A stretch of DNA of 52,563 nt. Origin: a virus (lineage: Duplodnaviria > Heunggongvirae > Uroviricota > Caudoviricetes). The notes below the pieces were generated by a model. The model ran no database searches. It was not told where the DNA came from and was given only the letters and a program-made list of their open reading frames with translations. The stretch covers positions 1 through 52,563 of the IMG/VR virus record IMGVR_UViG_2802428818_000001; one strand, 5' to 3'. Position numbers and translations under genes: made by a program. Below are positions 43,718 through 50,844 of the stretch, one piece after another; position 1 is the first letter of the stretch; each line of letters starts with the position of its first letter.

Positions 43718-44992
43718 TTACAGCGAGACGCCCAGAATGTTGATCTTGCGGACTGGATATTCGAAATCGGTGAAGTAGCCGAGCGCGTCTGCGGGGTGTT
43801 CGACGCCAGCCTTCTTGTCCACGTCGCGTGTTCCAGCCTTGTAGATCGTCTGCTCCATCGCCTCGATCGTCTTCTGCGCCTTGCGGTCGAAGCGCAGGCG
43901 AATCGTGCCCTCGGCATCCATCAAGAGACGGTTGACCGAGTTGATGCGGTCATCGACGGCCGGGTGCTTGCGCTTGAACTTGATGCGGGTGAAGCCGGCA
44001 TCGCGCAGGATCTCGAGCGAGGACTCGCCGCGGGCATGCGTGCGGTTGTTGCCGGCCGGGTCCGGATAGACGGTGATGTTGTTCATGTGCCGGTGATAGC
44101 GGCGCCCGAGCTCGTCGGCCGTCTCCTGGGTGTTGGAGCCAGGCAGGATCGCTTCGTCGACCACCCAGATCTCGCCGTTCGGCTGGACCTGCATGATGAC
44201 GGACGACATCGGATCAATGTTGAAGTCCTGGCCGACGATGATCGGCAGCTTCGGATTGAACGGATATTCACCGACGTGGATGCGGCGATCGAACGGGTAA
44301 TAGACGCGGCCCGACATCGACTCGAATGATGCCTCGAACTCCTGACGGAAGCTCTTTGGATCCATTTCGCGGCGTGCGGTCTCGATTTCCGAGCGCGGAA
44401 TGAACGGCGACATGATCGTCGGGAACTGCCAGCTCTTCCACGAGTTGACGACGATCTTGCCCTTTTCGTCCTTGTAGGTGTCGCCGCGCTGACCCATGAC
44501 ATACATGTCATAGAGCCAGTTGAAGGCCTTCGGCGTGCCGATGAAGATGACCTGACCACCCGTCGAGGCGAGCGTCGGGCGAAGAACCGTCTTCCAGGTT
44601 TCTTCCTTCATGTCCTGGGCTTCGTCGAGCACCAGGAAGTTGATACCGACACCGCGCAGCGTATCCGGATTATCGGCGCCCTTCAGCTCGATGCGGCTGC
44701 CGTTGACCAGCCGGATGGTCATGCGGGTTTCGTTGATGCCGTTCCAGACGATGAGCGCCTTCGGGATCGACCGCTTGAGATCTTCCCAAAGGATCTGCCG
44801 GGCCATCTGATAGGTCGGCGCCACATACCAGCAGAGCTGGTTCTTGCGCGTCGTGGCAGCCTGGATCAGCGCGATCTTGGAGATCTGCGTCTTGCCCCAG
44901 CGTCGGCCGGCGACGATGACCTTGAAGCGGCGCCGGTCCTTAAGAACAATCTTTTGGCCGCGGTGCGCCTTGAGTTTGAGCGGTGAACTCAC
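43718..44992 (-). CDS. terL: Terminase large subunit
   Basis: AGRRWGKT, ADNPDTLRG, LDEAQ, IGTP, FRQEFEASF, GQDFN, YPDPAG, HPADALGY. Confidence 0.95.
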   Translation of the reverse strand: MSSPLKLKAHRGQKIVLKDRRRFKVIVAGRRWGKTQISKIALIQAATTRKNQLCWYVAPTYQMARQILWEDLKRSIPKALIVWNGINETRMTIRLVNGSRIELKGADNPDTLRGVGINFLVLDEAQDMKEETWKTVLRPTLASTGGQVIFIGTPKAFNWLYDMYVMGQRGDTYKDEKGKIVVNSWKSWQFPTIMSPFIPRSEIETARREMDPKSFRQEFEASFESMSGRVYYPFDRRIHVGEYPFNPKLPIIVGQDFNIDPMSSVIMQVQPNGEIWVVDEAILPGSNTQETADELGRRYHRHMNNITVYPDPAGNNRTHARGESSLEILRDAGFTRIKFKRKHPAVDDRINSVNRLLMDAEGTIRLRFDRKAQKTIEAMEQTIYKAGTRDVDKKAGVEHPADALGYFTDFEYPVRKINILGVSL

Positions 44993-45663
44993 TCCGGGAT
45001 CTCCACGGAGTTGATCTCGGCGAGGATCGCATCCGGATCGTCACCCTCTTCCATCAGGCCGTTCTCACGGTGATGGTTGAGAATGTCGTCGTCGGTCAGA
45101 TCCTCGAAGTGGATCTCCGGCAGGTCGTCTTCGTCGATCAGGTCGTTGGCGCGCAGGATATCGAGGCGCGTGATGGTGTTTTCGACCAGGATCTTCTGGA
45201 AGCGCTGCACGGCCTTGAGGTCGTCGTCGGTCGAGGCAAGCGTGCCGGCCGATGCAGAGCCGGCCGAGACCTTCAGGGCGTCGGCGATGATCTTCTTCGC
45301 CAGCATGTCGGCTTGCTTCAGGGCCTTATAGCCGGAGGTGCGGGTCTCCTCGATCCACTCGGCGCGCTTTTCGTTGTAGCGTTCCGCCTGGGCCGTCTGC
45401 TGAGCAGCGTTTTGCGTCGTCGCTGCCTTGACACCGGCCGATGCAGCGGCGCTCACCTCTGACGCCCGTGAGCCGTATTCGACGCCGTCATCCTTGAACC
45501 TGCGCCACAGCGCTTGCCGGGAGACGTCATACTTCTCGCCGAGCTCCGACAGGCGCATCTTGCCAAGCTCATAGAGCTCCCTCGCCTCGGCGTAATCCGA
45601 GTCAGAGAGTCGCTTGGCGTTGGCAGCATTTTTGCTCGCCGGAGTGGTTGTTTCCTCAGTCAT
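44989..45663 (-). CDS. terS: Terminase small subunit
   Basis: N-terminal HTH (LSELGEKYDVSRQALWRRF); GTGA overlap with terL. Confidence 0.75.
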   Translation of the reverse strand: MTEETTTPASKNAANAKRLSDSDYAEARELYELGKMRLSELGEKYDVSRQALWRRFKDDGVEYGSRASEVSAAASAGVKAATTQNAAQQTAQAERYNEKRAEWIEETRTSGYKALKQADMLAKKIIADALKVSAGSASAGTLASTDDDLKAVQRFQKILVENTITRLDILRANDLIDEDDLPEIHFEDLTDDDILNHHRENGLMEEGDDPDAILAEINSVEIPE

Positions 45664-45675
45664 TGCCGGAACCTG

Positions 45676-45693
45676 TCAATCAATATTTACTTA
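45676..45693. promoter_or_regulatory. 18-bp palindrome, copy 19
   Basis: TCAATCAATATTTACTTA. Confidence 0.85.
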
Positions 45694-45711
45694 TCGTAAC
45701 ACGCGCATTCG

Positions 45712-45793
45712 TTCCGGTCCAAGTCCCTTCATAGTATGTATTGTAGTTAGATAACTTATAGATACTAAATACATAGAAGGGAGACGGACCGGA
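45712..45793 (-). repeat. Bipartite element B
   Basis: TTCCGGTCC-N7-TTCATAGT...ATACATAGAAGGGAGACGGACCGGA (24/25 identity to A in the right block). Confidence 0.75.
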
Positions 45794-45797
45794 ATGC

Positions 45798-46049
45798 TCA
45801 CCGGAACCACTGATACAAAAGCTGGTTAGGCTTGATCAGAACAGACATTCCGGCTCGCTCCTTGGTGATCCACTTTCTTTCCTCGAAGGTCTTGATGATC
45901 TTCCGGAGTGAACCGTAGGCGCAGCCATAGGAAAGACTCTGGTGAATCTCCGTGACCGTCAGAAACCTGCCTTCGTCGGCAGCCTTCAGAATGATCCCGG
46001 CGATCTCGGAGTGCTTCTCCCCTCTTCTCACCCGGCTCAAGGTTTCCAC
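45798..46049 (-). CDS. Small winged-HTH DNA-binding protein (candidate late regulator)
   Basis: LTVTEIHQSL...YGSLRKIIKTFEERKWITKER wHTH pattern. Confidence 0.65.
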   Translation of the reverse strand: METLSRVRRGEKHSEIAGIILKAADEGRFLTVTEIHQSLSYGCAYGSLRKIIKTFEERKWITKERAGMSVLIKPNQLLYQWFR

Positions 46050-46936
46050 CTCAAGGGCTCTGACGTGCCCTGGCAGTCGAACGCCAGGAGCGGCAGGCGC
46101 GCAGGCACGGTGCCGGGCTTATCGACGGCCTTCCAGACGCCATACATCGGCGAGGCCAGCGCCACCTGCTGAATACCCTTCACCAGGTCACGGGTGCTCA
46201 TCGCGGCGACCTTTTCCTGGGCGCGCTCACGGGCACTACCGGTGTTCTCCATCGCCGAATTGCGCAGATAGAAGTCGCGGCAGGCCTGGATCAGGCGCTC
46301 CGGCGCGCTCGACGCCTCGATCTCCTCGACGATCGCTTCGAAGTCCTGGGGTGTCGCCGTAAAGTGCGAGCGGAAGAACTTCATGCCGGCTTCGTATTTG
46401 TTGGCGTTCTTGGGTGCTGCGAACTGAAAGCCTGCCTTCTGGCCGAAGAAGTTGAACTTCGACATCGACGACTGGATCTCGATGACCTTGAGCGGCTTCT
46501 CCGGATCGGCAGCTTCCATGCGTGAGACCAGATTCATCATCCGGTAGCCGGCGCCGACGCCGCGATACATCGTGTCCACGACGAAGCGCGAGATCACCCG
46601 GAAGTTCTTGTTGAGGAACTTATACCGGTTGGTATTGGTCATCTTCGTTTCATTGCCGGTCGGCTTGATGTTCGGAAACACATCGTGGCGTTCGCGCAGC
46701 ATGCCTTTCGGCGCGCCCGTGACCAGGACGCCGATCGTGTCGCGGCCGTTCACCAGGCGCCAGAACTTCGGCGCGAAGGGCAAAGCCTCGGCCTTGTAAT
46801 GGAGATCGTGCAGCAATTCCCAGTCCGCGGCCGTGCCCCGCTCGACAAACATGTCATCAGCGAGCGTGAAACGTGCTCGAGGGTTCTCAAAACGCTGCAC
46901 AATCAGCTCAGGTTCGCTCACAGCGCGCTCCGTCAT
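46037..46936 (-). CDS. GNAT-fold acetyltransferase (ABC-ATPase-associated type)
   Basis: LHDLHYK, ISRFVVDTMYRGVGAG acetyl-CoA motif A, MSKFN.F..KAGF. Confidence 0.8.
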   Translation of the reverse strand: MTERAVSEPELIVQRFENPRARFTLADDMFVERGTAADWELLHDLHYKAEALPFAPKFWRLVNGRDTIGVLVTGAPKGMLRERHDVFPNIKPTGNETKMTNTNRYKFLNKNFRVISRFVVDTMYRGVGAGYRMMNLVSRMEAADPEKPLKVIEIQSSMSKFNFFGQKAGFQFAAPKNANKYEAGMKFFRSHFTATPQDFEAIVEEIEASSAPERLIQACRDFYLRNSAMENTGSARERAQEKVAAMSTRDLVKGIQQVALASPMYGVWKAVDKPGTVPARLPLLAFDCQGTSEPLRWKP

Positions 46937-47017
46937 GTTTTGCGAATGCAGGTGCGCTCGCAGCGCAAGCGCTCACCAACAGCGAAATAGCGAAAGAAAT
47001 AATTAGCGATTTAGCCA

Positions 47018-47338
47018 TCACATGACCCTTCCGGTGTTCGCTTCAACACGGATGGCGCGATCGTCCCAGAGCTCGACCATGCCGAAGTCCTTGACATTGG
47101 TGACAGCCAGGCGCTGACCGATGTGTTCCTCGCACCAGGCCTCGATCGGCGGAACTGCTTCCGGACCACCGGCGACACGCGCCGTCATGATGCGAACCTC
47201 AATGCCGTCGTCGAGCCAGACTTTGACGCGGGCAACCATCATGGGAATTGGAGCGCCGATATGGTCAATACCCCGCCATTTGTCGTAATGAGCGAGCGTG
47301 CCGTCGAGATCGACACCAATCCAGCCGCGCGTGCTCAT
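47018..47338 (-). CDS. Cap-less HAD-family phosphatase (PNK 3'-phosphatase-like)
   Basis: IGVDLDGTLA, IMTAR, WDDR motifs. Confidence 0.8.
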   Translation of the reverse strand: MSTRGWIGVDLDGTLAHYDKWRGIDHIGAPIPMMVARVKVWLDDGIEVRIMTARVAGGPEAVPPIEAWCEEHIGQRLAVTNVKDFGMVELWDDRAIRVEANTGRVM

Positions 47339-47544
47339 TCGGCCACCTCGATCAGACCGAGCTGGACCGCCTCTTCCATGTCGAAGCGCAGGTGGCCGGT
47401 CGTGTCCTTGTCGAAGCCGATGATGATCTCACCGTGCTCGGTGAAATATTCACTCTTGGCCGGGCCAGGCCCAACCTCTGTGCCGGCCGGAATGATGATT
47501 TCCTTGGTCGTGCGGTATTTCTTCAGTCTAACTTTCATCGCCAT
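47335..47544 (-). CDS. Small hypothetical protein
   Basis: 69 aa; overlaps with neighbours on both sides. Confidence 0.65.
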   Translation of the reverse strand: MAMKVRLKKYRTTKEIIIPAGTEVGPGPAKSEYFTEHGEIIIGFDKDTTGHLRFDMEEAVQLGLIEVAE

Positions 47545-47833
47545 CGACGATCTCCCAGTCTTCAGCCACCATTTCGAGCTGTGTTGGTTGCCAGCCGGTC
47601 AGCGTCTCGCCGCCCGGTGTTTTCATGTTGAAGTTCGGCAGCCGGGTGACAGTGCCCTTGTCACCGGCCTGGAAGAGCTTGGCGTTGAGGGCCGCCTCGA
47701 TGCGCGACCGGCCGAAGAGTTTCGTGGCGTCGCGGGAGCCGAGCTCCATGTAGACGCGCTCGCTCTTCTTCCAGTCAGCGCGTCGGATGACAGCACCCTT
47801 CTTTGCGAACTCGAGGGCCTTGCCGAAATTCAT
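47528..47833 (-). CDS. DUF2829 / Tad2-like (Thoeris anti-defence 2 family) protein
   Basis: MNFGKALE..KKG..IRR..W...MKT..G...GW.P.Q.EM.AEDWEIV; ATGA overlap gives start 47833. Confidence 0.8.
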   Translation of the reverse strand: MNFGKALEFAKKGAVIRRADWKKSERVYMELGSRDATKLFGRSRIEAALNAKLFQAGDKGTVTRLPNFNMKTPGGETLTGWQPTQLEMVAEDWEIVDGDES

Positions 47834-48108
47834 CCGGCGTCTCCGCGACGACGCACGCCGCAATAGACCATGCCGCGGATTGCGATACCCGCCATCTTCC
47901 GCAGACCATGCAGCGCCGGCTCATTGGTCGGGAGCATCGCAAAGTCTTCTTCGGTCTTGCGCACGTAGACATTCATCAGCGAGGTGAAGCCGGGAATGTT
48001 GTTGGCTTCGTCTTTGGTGCGCCGGCGCAGTTCGTTCTGATATTCGAGCTCGCCCCAGATGGCTTCGACAGCCTGGTCAAACTCTTCGCGGGTAACAATC
48101 TTGGTCAT
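47830..48108 (-). CDS. Small all-helical protein, possibly MazG-like NTP-pyrophosphatase fold
   Basis: AI.GELEYQ...ALHGLRKMAGIAIRGM...G...R pattern. Confidence 0.5.
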   Translation of the reverse strand: MTKIVTREEFDQAVEAIWGELEYQNELRRRTKDEANNIPGFTSLMNVYVRKTEEDFAMLPTNEPALHGLRKMAGIAIRGMVYCGVRRRGDAG

Positions 48109-48752
48109 GCAGCTTCCTTTGTTGTGATGTCGACCTTCTCCTTGAAGCGCTTGTAGATGGCGAGGTTGGGCGCCAGCTCCGTTTCAAGGTCGGTGTGGGT
48201 GGTTGCGACCAGAAGGCTCTTGCCGCGCTCACGAGCGACCTTCTGAACCGAAAATGCGATGGCCTTAGCAGTCGCGCGGTCGAGCACGGCGCCGAACTCG
48301 TCGGCCACCCAGACATCGGCGTCGCTTTCCATGACCTTTGCGAGCTTCAGGCGGTAGCGCTGCCCGTCAGACAGTTCCGATGGCGTGCGAATATAGATCC
48401 AGGCGTCGGAGATTCCGGCGCGGGCCAGCAGGTAGATCGCCTCGTTGAAATCCTTGCCGAGCTGATCGATTACCGGCTCAGCATTGTCGAGGGTGATATC
48501 GTCGAGGTTGGCGACCACCCTCCCCTGCTCGCGCATCTGACGCGTCAGGTCGCGCAAGAGCAGCGACTTGCCCGAGCCCGACTGGCCGTTGATGTAGACC
48601 ACATCGTCGTCGCGGATCTCGAGTTTCAGATCCTTGTAGATTTCGAACCGTTTGTCGGCCAGTCCCAGGCCGAAGGCTTCGGCAACCTCGAGAACGCGAG
48701 GCGTGCGCTCGACCCACGAGTTGAAGCCGCAGTTGATCGTGTATTCGGTCAT
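48105..48752 (-). CDS. Stand-alone ABC-family ATPase
   Basis: Walker A GQSGSGKS, signature LSDGQ, Walker B WVADEF; start MTEY at 48752 by ATGA overlap. Confidence 0.88.
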   Translation of the reverse strand: MTEYTINCGFNSWVERTPRVLEVAEAFGLGLADKRFEIYKDLKLEIRDDDVVYINGQSGSGKSLLLRDLTRQMREQGRVVANLDDITLDNAEPVIDQLGKDFNEAIYLLARAGISDAWIYIRTPSELSDGQRYRLKLAKVMESDADVWVADEFGAVLDRATAKAIAFSVQKVARERGKSLLVATTHTDLETELAPNLAIYKRFKEKVDITTKEAA

Positions 48753-49168
48753 TCGTATTCCCATTCTTCTTCGGGCGGGATGGCTGTTGGATCGAGTCTC
48801 TCGCCACCCAAGAGCAGCGCCGGCGCAGTTGCGGCCGCGCTGTCGGCAAGCTCGAGCTTCAGCGTCTCCATGACGCCGACGAAGGCGTGCAGGTCGTTTG
48901 GCGGGATGACGCGATTGTCGAGGCAGACCTCGGTGAGGAAGATCTTGTGCTTGGTATCGCGGGAGAAGAGCACCAGGCCTTCCAGGTGCCCTTCCCGTGT
49001 CATCTTCAGCAGACCCTCGAGGATCTCGATCATGGCTTCGCGATGCTCCATTACCGCGTCGGCCGCCTGCTTCTTGGCCTTGCGGCTGGCTGCGCGCTTC
49101 TGCTTGCGCTCTTCGGAGCGAGCGAGAGCGAAGGGCTTGCGAGTCTTCAGGTCGATGACCTCGCTCAT
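48749..49168 (-). CDS. Hypothetical protein
   Basis: 139 aa, coupled to both neighbours. Confidence 0.7.
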   Translation of the reverse strand: MSEVIDLKTRKPFALARSEERKQKRAASRKAKKQAADAVMEHREAMIEILEGLLKMTREGHLEGLVLFSRDTKHKIFLTEVCLDNRVIPPNDLHAFVGVMETLKLELADSAAATAPALLLGGERLDPTAIPPEEEWEYE

Positions 49169-49833
49169 GCAGCGACATCCAGCTTGTCGGAAATGAAGGT
49201 GATGAAGGCATCGACACCCTTGAGGCCGGTGTTCTTCTCGATCCTGCCCATCAGCTCGCGGATCGTGCGGCTCTCGGCGATCGTGACGCGCTTGAAGCCC
49301 AGAGCGTCGGCGACCGGGGCTGCGACGTCATCGACTTCCTTGGTCTTTGCGTCGTTTTCGGTCTTCTGCTTCTCGACCGCACCGGAGATATCCTCGACGA
49401 AGACGGTGTCTTCCATTTCCAGGAGATCGGCCGTTGCGAAATTGAGCTCGTGCTCGGAGTAGCCGAGGATGGTGAGGTCGATACCTTCCATGCTTTCGGC
49501 GAGCGCTGCCAGCTCCGACTGCTCGAGCTCGAGGTCGTATTCGGTCGACGCCACGCGGTTGTCAGCCAGGCGCAGCGCATTGGCTTCGTCCTTGGTCAGA
49601 TCTTCGCGGATGATCACCGGCACCTTCTCGAGGCCGATGTTGAGGGCTGCCAGGCGCCGGCCGTGACCGGCGATGATCACCAGATCCTTGTCGACGACGA
49701 TCGGCGAGGTCCAGCCGTATTTGCCGATGAGACTCGACAGCTTTTCGATCTGCTCCTCGGAGTGCTTCTTGGCGTTGTTTTCGTATGGCTTGAGATCGGC
49801 GACCGCGATCAGCGTGACGGGCCTATTCGTCAT
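49165..49833 (-). CDS. ParB/Srx-domain protein
   Basis: LKPYENNAKKH, YGWTSPIVVD, IIAGHGRRLAA, LRLADNR. Confidence 0.88.
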   Translation of the reverse strand: MTNRPVTLIAVADLKPYENNAKKHSEEQIEKLSSLIGKYGWTSPIVVDKDLVIIAGHGRRLAALNIGLEKVPVIIREDLTKDEANALRLADNRVASTEYDLELEQSELAALAESMEGIDLTILGYSEHELNFATADLLEMEDTVFVEDISGAVEKQKTENDAKTKEVDDVAAPVADALGFKRVTIAESRTIRELMGRIEKNTGLKGVDAFITFISDKLDVAA

Positions 49834-50005
49834 CGTATTGCTCCCCAAAGAGTTTCATGAGTTCGTGGTTGGTCTTCTCGCGGATGCGAACCTTCTCTTC
49901 GAAGAACTCGCCGCTGTCGCATTCGCCGCAGATCGGGTTGCGACGGTTTTTCAGGAAGAAGACGCAGGACTTGCAGTCGTCGAATTTCGGCCGGACGAAG
50001 GTCAT
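49823..50005 (-). CDS. Small zinc-finger-like protein
   Basis: CKSC...CGEC; ATGA overlap with the upstream ParB gene. Confidence 0.65.
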   Translation of the reverse strand: MTFVRPKFDDCKSCVFFLKNRRNPICGECDSGEFFEEKVRIREKTNHELMKLFGEQYDDE

Positions 50006-50757
50006 TCGCCTTCTCCGATGAGATCGTCGAGGCCGTCCAGTTCGGAAGCTGCCTCGGCTTCGGCCTTTGCCTGCTTGTTGAGCAGCAGGTGAACCAGGGC
50101 GTCGCCGGCGTTGGTCAGATCATCGGCCGCGGTGAAGCCATTGTCGGTCTTGGTGCGCTCGATGAGACGGGTGAGATCTTCGGCGTCGCGGTTCGAAACC
50201 TTGTAGCGGATGATCGTGTGGGTCTTCGGGGCCTTTGGTTGGACCGGCTCCTCGGACAAATCGTCGTTTTCCGCTTCCTTTTCGAAATTTTCGTCAAGAC
50301 CGAGCGAATCCAGATCTATCTCTGATGTCGTGAAGAGATCAGCGAAGTCGTGCTCGGTGTAAGGAAGGAAATCTTTCAGTTGCTCTGCGTTGCCCATCCC
50401 CTTGATGAGGTCGGCGAAGGCGATCTGATCGTCCATGCCGTAGCGCGAGTTGTCGGCGATGCCGATTTCCTTGGCCTTCAGATCGTCGATCGGGCCGAGG
50501 TTCATCACGGGGATCTTTTTCAGACCGAGCTTTGCGGCGACTTGCGCGCGATGCTCACCGCCGAGGATTTCGTAGCTTGTCGCCTTATCGCTAAAGGGCG
50601 AAATAGCGATTTCGCGAACGACGGCCGGACGGAAGAAGCCGAGGCGCTTGATGGACTCTTCCAGCTTCGCCTCGTTCTCGGGCGTCACGATGTTGGTGTT
50701 CCAGGGGTTCGGTCTCAGGGTGCTCGGATCGAGCTCCATCATCTTCGGATATGTCAT
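50002..50757 (-). CDS. ParB/Srx-domain protein
   Basis: LRPNPWNTN, LEESIKRLG, YEILGGEHR; start MTYPK at 50757 with AAGG SD. Confidence 0.85.
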   Translation of the reverse strand: MTYPKMMELDPSTLRPNPWNTNIVTPENEAKLEESIKRLGFFRPAVVREIAISPFSDKATSYEILGGEHRAQVAAKLGLKKIPVMNLGPIDDLKAKEIGIADNSRYGMDDQIAFADLIKGMGNAEQLKDFLPYTEHDFADLFTTSEIDLDSLGLDENFEKEAENDDLSEEPVQPKAPKTHTIIRYKVSNRDAEDLTRLIERTKTDNGFTAADDLTNAGDALVHLLLNKQAKAEAEAASELDGLDDLIGEGE

Positions 50758-50786
50758 CGGCACCTTGTTGGAATAGTGGGTGGCAG

Positions 50787-50804
50787 TCAGTAAATATTGA
50801 TTTA
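50787..50804. promoter_or_regulatory. 18-bp palindrome, copy 20
   Basis: TCAGTAAATATTGATTTA, in the divergent ParB/helicase gap. Confidence 0.85.
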
Positions 50805-50844
50805 TCATAACCGCCGAACAACGCAACAGGCAAACGAGAAATTT

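Noticed and set aside
46940-47000. GCGCT-cgc-AGCGC hairpin as a tRNA or riboswitch
   Set aside because: Too short, with no cloverleaf or recognisable aptamer; at most a local leader hairpin.
48105-49217. 370-aa ORF as given; ABC transporter annotation
   Set aside because: The N-terminal 155 codons overlap the 48749-49168 gene, so the real start is 48752. There is no permease or binding protein, so it is not a transporter.
49165-50757. ParB genes as the plasmid partition system
   Set aside because: No parA nearby, no evident HTH/dimerisation domain, and the context is packaging/modification. Not fully excluded, since a parA could lie outside the window.
71-50804. 18-bp repeats as a CRISPR array or transposon ends
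   Set aside because: They are dispersed single copies with no regular spacers, no cas or transposase genes and no target-site duplications.
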